Below, piece after piece: positions 28,520 through 41,489 of a DNA stretch of 64,000 nucleotides (positions are counted from its first letter, which is position 1; the number at the start of each line of letters is the position of its first letter). Source of the DNA: Felis catus (lineage: Eukaryota); the NCBI RefSeq assembly GCF_018350175.1, contig NC_058383.1, forward strand, positions 7,442,001 through 7,506,000, given 5' to 3'. The position numbers and the translations under genes were made by a program. The notes below the pieces were generated by a model. It searched no databases. It was given only the letters and a program-made list of their open reading frames with translations, and was not told where the DNA came from.

Positions 28520-29260
28520 GGGAGCAAAGGAGGCACAGCGACAGCGGACCTCTCCGTGCCTGTGCTTGGCTGGGGCAGCAGGGGAGGCCGCGGGCAGGCG
28601 GCGACCTTCGGGAGCCGGGAGCAGAACGAGGCCTGGGCCTGGGGCGGGAGGCCGGGCGTGCAGGAACCACCAGGTGGCGCCGCTGACACCTGCTGCGGAG
28701 CTGCCGGCGAGCGGGCTCCGGAGGTCGCCCCACAGGAGACACCAGTGCCGCCCGAGAGAAGAGCATCTTCCGAGGTGCCGCCGGGGTCTCGGGGAAAGGA
28801 TAAGAGTTGTGACTCACCCGTGTCTGCGACCCTCACCCCTCCGTACCGGCTCCCTCAGCCCAGCCCTCGCCCGCCGCAGCTGGCCCGACAGCCCCGGACA
28901 GCTCGCCCCTCCGCAAACAGCCCTCGGGACGCCCCCACCCCGTGGCCGACTTCACTGGCGGTCAGTAGCTCCTTCTCCCCCCCAGCAGCCCAGCGGTGGT
29001 CCCCGGGAACCCGCTCCCCGACCCCCCCCCCACCCCCGCTCGGGCTGCCCCTCGGGACCCCAGAGCGCTCCTTCCGCAGGCCTGCTCCCACCCACCCTCG
29101 CGCTCGCCCACCCGATTTGGCTCCGGAGATCGTTGCCGGGCCCCTGCCAGCGTGAGCCCTTCTCCCCACCCGGATTCCGCCACCTGTTCCCGGGACCTTT
29201 CCCAGCCCTTTCCCCAGCGGCTCTTCCTAGCGATGGGAGAAAAAGAACAAAGACCAGACT
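28520..29260. promoter_or_regulatory. CpG island with no recognised coding gene start
   Basis: Very GC-rich and CpG-dense compared with the CpG-depleted surroundings; GC boxes (GGGGCGGG at 28641); strong minus-strand donor CGG|GTGAGT at about 28812-28820. Confidence 0.8.
28667..28680 (+). promoter_or_regulatory. CTCF core motif
   Basis: CCACCAGGTGGCGC matches the CTCF core consensus CCASYAGRKGGCRS. Confidence 0.7.
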
Positions 29261-30340
29261 TTGCTGCGACTCCTGAGGCAGCAAAGGTTACAGATTGTAA
29301 CACTCCTCTATTCCCGCAGGGACTTCCTTTAATGTTTTACCGCTGTAGCTTCATCACTGTGGTCAGTGTAACTTCCCTCTGATAACTGCACACCTCCTCC
29401 TGCCCAGGATATATGTTAACAGTCTTCTTTCAACATATGGCCGCTGATACACATCTGAGGGGTCTCAGGACTTGAAATAATGAAATGAAATAACCTTACC
29501 CGAACAACAGGATAAGTGCAGCTCTTTCTGCCCACGGTCCGTCCCGTACTGTAATACAAACACCTGTTTGGCACCCAAAACATCTCGAGAATTCTTTTTT
29601 GACTCTTTGCTGTGCAGCCCCATATCACTAGTACCCCCACCCTCCTTGTGGTCCACTGCCTGTATAGACCATCCCTGCTTCTCTCCACTCAGGACTTTCA
29701 GCAGCTACCACTCTGTACTGACCCCTAGGCCGTGGGTTCAAGGCACCTGGCAGCTGCTTCCCCATGCAGGCACCCTCTGAGGATCAGAGGGAGTGCCGGG
29801 ATTTAGACGGCTTGACCTCCTGCTGGCTGGGTGACTTCTGCACCTGTAGGCCAGGAAGACTCCAACCCTTGCTGGGTTCACTGCCAGACACTGGATGATG
29901 TGATGACCTCACCCCTGGCCATTGTCAGGTGCTCATCTTGCTCATGCTGACCTCTACAGTGAATGGCAGGGGCCTGGGACCTAGAAAGAAATAGGACAGA
30001 GGCTCAGCCGGTGGACATGGGTAAAAGGCCACGTCCAGGATGAGCTGGGGGCTAAAAAGGGCTAGGGTTGAACTAGGAGAGCCTCCTGCCTCCCTCCTGT
30101 TTTCTGGGCCTCTCTCAGGTCCTATGGCGGAGCAACTCCCCCACGAGAAACTCCAGGCTGTGCCCCACTGCAACACAGGGACACACATATGCATAAGATA
30201 CCAGGTGTGCTGGCCCAGCCATGGGCAGGGGGAAACTTTCCAACTTCAGATTCCAGGCAAACCTTGCTGAGGGGGACCGGTGACATCTGGAATCTCAACA
30301 ACTGCTCTTCAAAAAGTATTGTTAAGAAAATAAAAAACCA

Positions 30341-31223
30341 GGGGCGCCTGGGTGGCGCAGTCGGTTAAACGTCCGACTTCAGCCAGGTCACGATCTCGCG
30401 GTCCGTGAGTTCGAGCCCCGCGTCAGGCTCTGGGCTGATGGCTCAGAGCCTGGAGCCTGTTTCCAATTCTGTGTCTCCCTCTCTCTCTGCCCCTCCCCCG
30501 TTCATGCTGTCTCTCTCTGTCCCAAAAATAAAAATAAACGTTGAAAAAAAGATTTTTTTTTAAAAAGAAAATAAAAAACCAAACCACAGGAGTGCCTGGG
30601 TAGCTCAGTCAGTTAAGCATCTGACTCTTGATTTCGTCTCAGGTCACGATCTCAAGGTTCGTGGGATTGATCCCCTCATCAGGCTCTGTGCTGATAGCAC
30701 AGAGCCTGCTTGGGATTCTCTCTCTTTCTCTCTCTCTCTCTCTGCACCTCCCCCCACTCATGCACTCTCTCTCAAAATAAATAAATAAATATTTTTTAAA
30801 AAAACTACAGACTGGGAAATACACTTGCAAAGCATGCATCTGATAAAGGACTTGTCACCACAATCTATAAAGAACTCTCAATACTCAATAACAAAAATCC
30901 CAATTTTTAAAAATCGGACAAAAGATTTGAAGCAATACTTCATCAAAGAAGAGATACACATGACAAATAATTGCATGAAATGAACTTCAAAATCACTAGT
31001 TATTCAGAAAATGCAGTTTAAAACCACAACAAGATACAATACCAAGAGCTAGTGAGAATGCAGAGCAACTGAAACTCTCATACTTCGCTGATGGGGATTC
31101 AAAATAGTATAATCATAAATTGGAGCAAGAACATTCCAGAGGTCATCAGGCCCTGGGTGCTGAATGATATGGACCAAATAACAACAACAAAAGGTACAAT
31201 CACTTTGAAAAACACTTTGGTGG

Positions 31224-31266
<43 letters not shown>

Positions 31267-33430
31267 CTCGGTGATTCAGTTGGTTAGCCTTCCAACTTTG
31301 GCTCAGGTCATGATCTCATGATTGGTGAGTTCAAGCCCCGAGTCAAGCTCTGTGCTGACAGCTTGGAGCCTGGAGCCTGATTCGGGTTCTGTGTCTCCCT
31401 CTCTATCTGTCCCCCACCCCCTCACACTCTGTCTCTCTCTGTCTCTCTCTCTCTCTCAAAAGTAAATAAACATTAAGAATTAAAAGAAAAATATTTTGGC
31501 AGATTCTTCTAAATATAAATACGTATGAACCATATGACCAAACCTCCCACTTCTAGGTATCTACCCCACAGAAAGGAAAACATGTTGTCACACAAATCTG
31601 TATGCTAATGTTCATAGCAGTTTTATTCATAATCACCCAAAACTGTGGGGAAAAAAACAATTGTCCATCACCTGATCAACTGGTGACTGGATATATGAGT
31701 AGTGAGACATCCATACAATGCAATATTACCAGTAGTAAAAAGGAATCAACTACCAATACACGTAATAATGTGAATAAATCTCAGAATTACTTTGCTAAGT
31801 GAAAGAAGCCAAACCCAAAAGGCTATGCTTCCATTTATATGACTGTGGAAAATTAATAAAGGAAATTTCACTAAAACCAAGCCAGGAGGTTAGGAAGATG
31901 GGTTCTCAAGCTTTGCTAGTAGTCATCAATTGCAAATGCAACAGAAAGAACTGAGCCTTTCAGGTGGATACTACTTTATTACCCTAACAAGAGGAAGAAA
32001 GGTTTTCATCCCCCACCCCCGCCCCCACAACAGCCCAGCCAATGAGAGACATACTCAGCCAATGAGAAGCCACTGTAGTTGAACTTCCCCAGGTGAGTCC
32101 AATGGACTTGCTTATAACAGACTTCCCACCTTCCCCCTTTCTTCTGTTAAAATACATTTCTCTTTGGGAGGCATGCGGGAGGGGGGAAAATGGGTGATGG
32201 GCATTGAGGAGGGCACTTGTTGGTATGAGGACTGGGTATTGTATGTAAGCGATGAATCATGGAATCTACCCCAAAACCAAGAGCACACTGTACACACTGT
32301 ATGTTAGCCAACTTGACAATAAATTATATTAAAAAAAAACAAAACAAAAGAAAACATTTCTCTCCTTTATGTGGCAGACATGCCTCTGATTTTGCCATAG
32401 CTGGTTTGTTCCATATTGTAATCCTCTGCTGTTCCTGAACAAACCCATTTTTGCTGATGAAATAACCAGCAGTTTCATTTTTAAGATGAACACAACATTC
32501 TAGAAAAGGTAAAATTATAGGGACAGAATTCAGAGCAGTGACTGCCAGGGACTAGAGCCGGGGAGAGAGGATTGATTACAAAGGGGCATGAAGGAGTTCT
32601 TGGGGTAATGGAAAAATTCTCTATTTTGATGGCAACTGCATGACCTTATACCTTTAAAAACCTCACTGAACTACAATACCTGAAAAGGAAAAATATTGTA
32701 GGTAAATTATACCTCCATAGACCAGATTTAGTTTAAAAAGATACAATTATCTAAAACAGCAAACAATGAGGTAATAGGAATAAAATGAATAAATCTAACA
32801 AAACATATGTAAGATCTTTTTGGAAACAATTAACTGTAGAATCAGGCCATCAAAGACTGCTGATATTAGAATTATCTGACACATCATAAAATAAATTATC
32901 TAAAGGAAGAAAAGAAGATATTGGAAACATGATGAAACAAGAAAATGCAAAAGTAACCAGGTAAATTTTGGGGGGAAAAACACAAATAGAAACTCTAGAA
33001 ATAGAGGCACCCCGGGGGCTGTCAGTTAAGTGGCCGACTCTTGATTTCAGCTCAGGTCATGATCCCAGGTTCATGGGATCATGCCCCCCATCAGGCTCCA
33101 TGCTGAGCTTAAAGCCTGCTTAAGACTCTCTCTCCCTCTGCCCCTCCCCCAATCTTGCTCATGCACATGCATGCTCTCTCTCTCTCTCTGTCTCAGAAAT
33201 AAATAAACATAAAAAAAAAAAAAGAAAAGAAACTCTAGAAATATAACATATAAAAATTAGGGGTGCCTGGGTGGCTCAGTCAGTTAAGCATCCGACTTCA
33301 GCTCAGGTCACGATCTCGCAGTTTGTGGGTTCGAGCTCCACATCAGGCTCTGTGCTGACAGCTCCCTCTCTCTCTGCCCCTCCCCCACTCATGCTCTGTC
33401 TCACACACACACACACACACACACACACAA

Positions 33431-33487
<57 letters not shown>

Positions 33488-36400
33488 CAAATTTAAAAAG
33501 TAAGTGGATAAATTAAACAGCAAATTAGATACAGCTAGAGATAAAATTACTGGACAGGCTTGAGACAGATCCAGAGATATTGTCAAAATGCAGCATGGAA
33601 ATACAGACATGAAAAATATGAAGAAAAAAATCAAACATAAAAGACAGAGTAAGAAAGTTGGCTGCATCTAATAATATTAATTTCAGAAACAGAGACTGAA
33701 AAACTGGGAAGTAAGCATTGTCTCTTTGAAGAGATAATGGTTAAAACGTTTCCAGTATTGATTCAGGAAGCCCAATAAATTCCAAGAATAATAAATATAA
33801 AAAAGTCCATAACCAGAAACATTCCAGTAAAACTACAAAATGCCAAAAACAGAGAGGATGTTAATAGACAAAATGATTTTAAAAAGCCACAAAAAACAAT
33901 ATCTATAGCATGGCCACAAGTATACAGCTAACTTCTCAATGGAACCCAAAAGGTAGTGCAATGTTATCTTTGAATTGTGAAGAAAAAGTAGTGTCCACCT
34001 AGAATTATACACTAGGATAAATTATTTTTTTAACGTTTATTTTTGAGAGAGAGAGAGAGCAGGGGAGGGGCAGAGAGAGGGGGACAGAGGATCTGAAGCA
34101 GGCTCCGCACTGACAACAGAGGGCTCGATGTGGGGTCGAACGCATGAACTGTGACATCATGACCTGAGTCGAAGTCAGTTGCTCAAATGACTGAGCCACT
34201 TAGGCACTCCTAGGATAAATTATTTTTAAGAACACTGGAAAAATACATTTTCAGTCAAAAGTAACAGAAAGAAGTAAATTCTGAGATACAAAAGGGGATG
34301 GGGAGAAGAAAGAAGCATGTAGATAAATCAAAACAAATTGAGCCTGACAAACAATACCAGCAATGCCTAGTTTGTGGGATTCAAAGTATCAAGGTAGGAG
34401 TCCCAGCACTGGTTACGGTGGAATAAATAATACCCCACCCCATGTCTTCCACCCATTACAACTAAAACCTTGGACAGAGTCCACAAAGCAACTAATAGAG
34501 GACTGCAAAGTAGGTAATAACAGACTGGAGAGAGAAATCAAAACTCAGGGAAATAGGGGCACCTGGGTGGCTCAGTTGGTTAAGTGTCCGACTTTTGCTC
34601 AGGTCATAATCTCCCATTTCGTGAGTTCAAGCCCCATATGGGGCTCTGTGCTGACAGCTCTGAGCCTGGAGCCTGCTTCAGATTCTGTGTCTCCCTCTCT
34701 CTGCCCCTCCCCTGCTTGTGCTCTGTCTCTCTCTCTCTCTCAAAAATAATAAACATTAAAAAATTAAAAAAAAAAACTCAGGGAAATATATGGCAGTGAG
34801 TTTATGGTTTTTTTTTTTGGTTTTTCATCATCCCAAGTCTCCAGTTCACACTCAGAACATCCTGGATCCCAGAACTGCACAGTGGGCACAGGAAGAAAGA
34901 GCTCCAAGAGAAACTCTCTTGTTCTGGTCAGAAGACTAAGAGGGAGAGGGTAAGGGGAAACCCTGCTTTTATTTTATTTTATTTTTTTAACATTTATTCA
35001 TTTTTTTTTATTTTTTTTTCAACGTTTATTTATTTTTGGGACAGAGAGAGACAGAGCATGAACAGGCGAGGGGCAGAGAGAGAGGGAGACACAGAATCGG
35101 AAACAGGCTCCAGGCTCTGAGCCATCAGCCCAGAGCCTGACGCAGGGCTCGAACTCACGGACCGCGAGATCTTGACCTGGCTGAAGTCGGACGCTTAACC
35201 GACTGCGCCACCCAGGCGCCCCAACATTTATTCATTTTTGAGAGATACAGTGTGAATGGGGGAGGGGCAGAGAGAGAGGGAGACACAGAATCCCATGCCG
35301 GCTACAGGCTCTGAGCTGTCAGCACAGAGCCCAACACAGGGATTGAACTCAGGAACCGGGAGATCATGACCTGAGCCAAAGTCAGACGCTTAACCGACTG
35401 AGCCACCCAGGCGCCCCCCTGCTTTATTTTTAATCCCACCCAAGCCTGCCCTGAGGCACTCTCATGGCAGTAATGGTGACATAGCAGCAGCAGACGCGCC
35501 CACAATAACAGAGAAACCAGGAGACAGAGGGGAAAAAAACCCCCAAAAACCTTTGCCTGATAGAAACTAGCAAAGGGAGAGTGTGGGGGGAATCCCCCTG
35601 TTTTTTTCTCTCTTCCTTTCCTCTAACTGCTTCCCCTAAGAGGTAGATGACCTCACAGGAAGTGCATGACAAGAAGTGCAAGGGGAAACTAAAATCTTGG
35701 CCTTCTTATCTTTATGAGGAGGAAGCTTGAAAAAGGAATTCCATAAGCTGTATATGAAGCCCCAAGCCCATCTCCAAGATAGACACACATGGAACGGATC
35801 ACTGAAAGCATACCACAGGCTTTGAGAACCAAACTGTGGTGTAGATCCCCATCCTGGTCTCACAATGGCCCATGGGCAGTGGAGGGTGGGTGGAGGGGAA
35901 CAGGGGGGTGGGATGCACACACAGGACAGATCCAAACACCACAGCCAAGTTTTTAAATGGCACTGAAACCACAGCCCACAGAAGGTGTGTTGGGACTTGC
36001 GGTCTGAACGTAGCTCAACTGTCTGCCAAAACAGAGACGTCAACATTCTCCGTAGAACTTTAACAGGACCCAGCATCTCATAGCATAATAATACTTAAAA
36101 TGTCCAGGATAATCCAAAATTACTTGGCATACAAGGAAACAGGAAAACTCAACAGCCCACAAGGTAAAAGACATGAATCCCAAGATGTTGGAATGATTAG
36201 ACAAAGACTTTCGTGTAGCTGTTTTATCACTATGCCCCATGAAATAAATGTAAACAGTCTTGAAATGAATGGAAAGATAGACCTTCTCAGCAGAAAATAA
36301 AAGCCATAAAAAAAAGTCAAATGGAAAATTTAAAGCTGACAAATATGATAACTGAAACAAAAAGTTAATTGGAAGTCTTCAGTAGCAGAATGGAGATGAG

Positions 36401-38530
36401 ACAGGAAAGAATCAGGAGACTTAAAAACAGATCAAAAGAAATTATCCAACCTGAACAGGCAGGAAAAAAAAAATGAACAGAGCCTTAAAGACCCATGGGA
36501 CAATATAAAAAGATCGAACACATATGTCATTGGAATTCTGGAGGAAGAGGAACTTGAGACCAATGAAGAAAGCAATATTTAAACAAACAATGGCTGAAAA
36601 CCTCTCAAATACAGTGAAAGACATAAAATTAAAGATTTAAGATCAGTGAGGGGCGCCTGGCTGGCTCAGTCGGTTGAATGTCTGACTTTGGCTCAGGTCA
36701 TGATCTCACAGTTCGGTTCATGGGTTCAAGCCCTGCATCGGGCTCTGTGCTGACAGCTCAGAGCCTGGAGCCTGCTTCGGATTCTGTGTCCTGCTCTCTC
36801 TCTCTCTCTGCCCACCCCCTCTCACAAATAAACATTTTAAAATTTTTGAAAAGAAAGCAAAACAAAACAAAACAAAAAAACAAGTAGTGTTTAAAAAAAA
36901 AGATCAGTGAACGGATCAACTCAAAGATAATCATGTCCAGACACATCATAATTAAACTAGTGAAAACCAAAGATCAAGAAATAAATCGTCAGAGCAGCCA
37001 GAGAATAACAAAGCATTGCATTCAATCATTCAAACTACTACAGATTCCTCATCAGAAACCATGGAGGCCAGAAGAGAGAAAAACCATGCTTCAAGCACTC
37101 AAAGAAAGAGCCATCAACCCAGAATCCTCTATCCAGCAAAAATATCCTGTAGCAATGAAGGAGAAAGAAAGATATTCTCCCATTATGGAAAAGTTCACAG
37201 CCAACACACCACCTGCTAAAGGAAATTTCATAGGGAAGAGAAACAGCATCACAGGGAAGCTTCAAACTTCTATAATGTAGGATAAACAACAGAAATGATG
37301 ATTATCCAAGAGAATATGACAGATTATTTTTCTCCTCTTAAATTCTTTAAAGTAACATGATTACTGAAAGCAAAAAATGATAACATTATCTGGTGAGGAT
37401 TTTTCATGATTTTAGATTTAACACGTATGAAAATGACAACAAAAAGGACCTCTATGGTTTACCATTTCACTTGAAATGGTAAAATATTAATTTTAACTAG
37501 ACTGTGAAAAGTTCAGTGTATCTGTTGTAATCCCTGTAGTAACTACGAAAACACTACTTCAATAAATGGTGCTGGGACAACTGGATATCTAGACACAACA
37601 GAAGGAAGTTTTTGTTTGGAATGAATAATGGCAAAGTTTTATAAATAGAGACTGGTGATGGTTGTACAACATTGTACAATATTGTGAGTATAAGTGATGT
37701 CACTGAATTGCACCTTAAAAATGTTTAAAATGGAAAATGTTATGTATATTTTACCACAAGTTTTAGGAATTAATAATGTCATATACCAAAAACAAAAACC
37801 ACTGAACTGTATGCTTTAAATGAGTGAATTGTATGGTGTGTGAATCATGGCTCAGGAGAGCTTTCCTTTTTTTTTTTTTTTTTTCAACGTTTTTTATTTA
37901 TTTTTGGGACAGAGAGAGACAGAGCATGAACGGGGGAGGGGCAGAGAGAGAGGGAGACACAGAATCGGAAACAGGCTACAGGCTCTGAGCCATCAGCCCA
38001 GAGCCTGATGCGGGCTCAAACTCACGGACCGCGAGATTGTGACCTGGCTGAAGTTGGACCCTTAACCGACTGCGCCACCCAGGCGCCCCGAGAGCTTTCC
38101 TTTTTAAATGGGACAAACAGTCTTAACTACATGTGCTTGGAAATGAAGAGACACACTCTTAAATAACTCTTGGACCAAAAATAAGTTAAAAGAAACTCCT
38201 ACTTGGCAACAAGAAGGAAAACACTGTCATAACAACACCTTTGGACATAATGAAAGCCGTATGCAGAGAAAAGTGTCCTGTCTTAAAGGCATTTGATATA
38301 AAAAAGAAAAATGAGGGGCGCCTGGGTGGCTCAGTTGGTTAAGAGTCCAACTATTGATTTTGGCTCAGGTCATGATCTCATGGTTGGGGAATTTGAGCCC
38401 TGCCTCAGGCTCTGCTCTGACAGCATGGAGCCTGCTTAAGATTCGCTCTCTCCCTCTCTCTCTGTCTCTCTGTCTCTCTCTGTCTCTCTCTCAAAATAAA
38501 TGAATAAGCTTATTAAAAATTAAAATAAAT
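30341..38530. mobile_element. Repeat block: old L1 fragments (3' end ~30800-32700, ORF1/5' region ~32800-37540) interrupted by about 12 Can-SINEs, an LTR-like insert (~31844-32470) and a short L1 3' end (~32166-32350)
   Basis: L1 ORF1-like peptide SRHIIIKLVKTKDQE (36933) and PRILYPAKIS. SINEs at ~30341, 30588, 31260, 33004, 33259, 34020, 34556, 35010, 35225, 36650, 37866 and 38315. Confidence 0.8.
33402..33487 (+). repeat. (CA)n-(TA)n compound microsatellite in a SINE tail
   Basis: Direct reading. Confidence 0.9.
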
Positions 38531-40534
38531 TAGTAAATAAGAAGAAAAATGAAATGAATAAAAAATAAAGTTTGGGGATTGAGACTGTTGAATGTTTCTC
38601 AAAACTTAGATCCCTTTCCTTCAGGAAACACAAAAATGCAGGCCCCTACACACGTTTCCTGTGTATGTTATTGGTTAATTCTTAACAGAACATTAAAGAG
38701 GTTAAAAAATATATTTACACATTAAAAAGTGGTCTATTAAAACTCTCAAAACTATTCTAAGTTTAAATATTTTTAATTATACCCCAAACAGAATTTGTTG
38801 TAATCTTACCTACCTGGGTTTACTGGAAGCAAACTCATCCATTAAGCTTTTAAAATCTACTAAATTTTTTTGGAGTCCTCTTATGGCTCTGATCTGAGGC
38901 CAGTGCCTCCCCAGCCTCACCCCGATTCTAGTCCCACATCTAAATACATTTCCCCTCTCACAGACAGGTGGGGGTTGGACAACTGATTTCTGGCCAGTGC
39001 AGTGTGGGAAGAAGGATGTATATTGCCTCCAGAGGAAGTGATATAAAACTCTTTATGCAATCTTCCACGCGCTCTGTTTCCCCATCTGCCAGGCACGTGG
39101 AGAGGAGCCTCCAGAACTACAGGAGGTGAAACTGCAAGATGGAAGGAGCCTGGGTCCCTGAGTTCCTGAGTGCAGGAGAGACCAAGAAGATGCCCAGGAG
39201 AGCCTCAAACCAGGAACATCCACACTGGAATGCTACACAATCCAGTACTGACTTTCCTTGTGTTAAACCACAAGCATTTGGGGATTGCTTGTCACATAGT
39301 GGTCGGATTTACCTTATCCCATGTAGCTCCGGCCCAAGAATGAAAAAAATTATTTCTGTCTACATTTTCCAACCTACATTGTGGCTCTCCTCCCTCCAAA
39401 AGCAGACGTTTTCTGCAATAAATAGAACAGAGAGCCGCCGAGCACTTCACCCTTTGTATCTACCACACGTTTGCCGACAATGAATTCACACTCTGCAAGC
39501 CTTTGTCCAGGCGTAAAGCGGGGCATGTCCTGGCTGGAAACAGATGGCTCTCAGATGAAGGCAATTGCAAGAGAGCTTAAAGGAATCTTTACAGAGGATG
39601 AAATGGGCAGGGGAACGCTGTGGAGACAGAGTGGTGGCCCACAGACACTGCAGCAAGTCTGGGGTTGTATCTCCAGGCCCCAGAGAGTAGTTACCAGAAT
39701 TCAGAGGGAGGCAGGGAGAGCTGTGTGGAAAGGGCTGCCTACCAGGCTGTGACGGGCACCGTGCCTGGAGTTGGGCAACAGGGATCCCACCCTGGCCCAC
39801 CCTAGAAAGTCTTGAACATAAAAACATACAAGTGGAGGGCACCTGGGTGGCTCAGTCAGTTAAGCATCCAACTTCGGCTCAGGTCATGATCCTACAGTGT
39901 GTGGGTTCAAGTCCCATGTCGGGCTCTGTACTGACAGCTCAGAGCCTGGGGGCTGCTTTGGATTCTGTGTCTCCTATCTCTGCCTCTCCCCTGCTCATGC
40001 TCTGTCTCTCTGTCTCTCTCAAACATACATATAAGTGAATTTATAAAAGACACATGAACATCCGGGAATCTGACACCCATTGCTGGGCCAGTTCAACCTG
40101 GAACCTGCTAACAGGGATCTCAAGACTATCAGCCTTCCGGCTCCAGAGAAGTGCTTCTCCCCCCAGATTGCCCCATGTTCTGACACAGGGGGGACTGGAC
40201 CTAAGGCCAGAGGGGTGGGGGCTGTGCCCTTGTTGACAAAAGAGACTGTCTTTGCATGGGCCTAGGTAAAGGAAAGGGGCAGAGGAGCTACATAAGTAAC
40301 AGAAAGACTAATTTGTTCAATCTTGCCCTCAGATAACTTGAATGCAATAGTTTTTGTATAACACACAACTATCTCCTAGTTGTATCAAACACCCACTCTC
40401 TCTCCTCTTCATGTTCCAATTCATCGTCCCAGAGATACTCACAGGTTAGCATGCTATGCCTAACAGGTGCAGACAGCAACTGCAGAAATTCTTAGTACAT
40501 ACCTATATATATGCATATGTACATGTATACACAT

Positions 40535-40537
<3 letters not shown>

Positions 40538-40581
<44 letters not shown>
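40538..40581 (+). repeat. (TA)n microsatellite
   Basis: About 22 TA units. Confidence 0.9.
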
Positions 40582-40584
<3 letters not shown>

Positions 40585-40619
40585 TGGGTATAAAATATAT
40601 ATGTGAGTTTGACATATAC

Positions 40620-41460
40620 ATGAAGTGAACTACCAAAGTTGATTTAAAATGTGGTTAAGGGGTGCCTGGGTGTCTTAGTTGGTTGAGTGACTGACGCTTG
40701 ATTTGGCTCAGGTCAAGATCCCAGGGTCCTGGGAATTAGCCCCACATCTCCACTGAGTGTGGAGCCTGCTTGAGATTCTGTCTCTCTCTCTCTTTCTCTC
40801 CCCCTCTATCCCTCTCCCCATCTTATGCTCTCTCTCTCTAAAATAAAATAAAAGTACAAAACATGGTTAAAATCATAATGTGATAACAATTTACATCATA
40901 AAACTAAAATATTTTGTAGTATTTTCTATAACAAAGATAACTTGTGACATGTGATCCCCTCCAAGCACATGAATATGTTGGGTAAAATGTATGACATTTC
41001 CAAATCTGAGTATTGCTTTAAGAATGGTATTGATTGCTGCCTCAGCAGAGAGAAGTTTTCTCCAACTAGAATTGATAAAACAGGGACACCTGGGTGGCTT
41101 AGTCGGTTGGGTGTCCAACTTCAGCTCAGGTCATGATTTCACAGCTCCTGAGTTAGAGCCCCACGTCGGGCTCTGTGCTGACAGCTCAGAGCCTGGAGCC
41201 TGCTTTGGATTCTGTGTCTCCCTCTCTCTCTCTCTCTACCCTCCTCTGCTCATGCTCTGTCTCTCTCTGTCTCAAAAAGAAACGTTAAAAAAAAATTTAG
41301 AATTGATAAAACAACACAACCACAGAACTACAATGATTCAAAAAAGGTTGCCTAATTTGGCATTACTACCCATACAAAACAAATTATATGACAATAGTGA
41401 TTATAATGTGTTTAGTGATTTTACTGAGAAAAGTTAAAAAATAAATTTGACTACATAAAC
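40620..41460 (+). mobile_element. Fossil hAT-superfamily transposase fragment (C-terminal dimerisation domain), split by SINEs
   Basis: FPNLSIALRM...ASAERSF.QLELIK[SINE 41083-41297, TSD AGAATTGATAAAACA]..RTTM.Q.RL.NLALL.I matches the hAT C-terminal dimerisation motif. Confidence 0.8.
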
Positions 41461-41489
41461 AGATAATACATAAGAATTCCATGTCTTTA

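Noticed and set aside
28435..29382. Several long overlapping ORFs on both strands (up to 264 aa)
   Set aside because: Expected from stop-codon scarcity in a CpG island; low-complexity P/R/G/A content with no recognisable domain.
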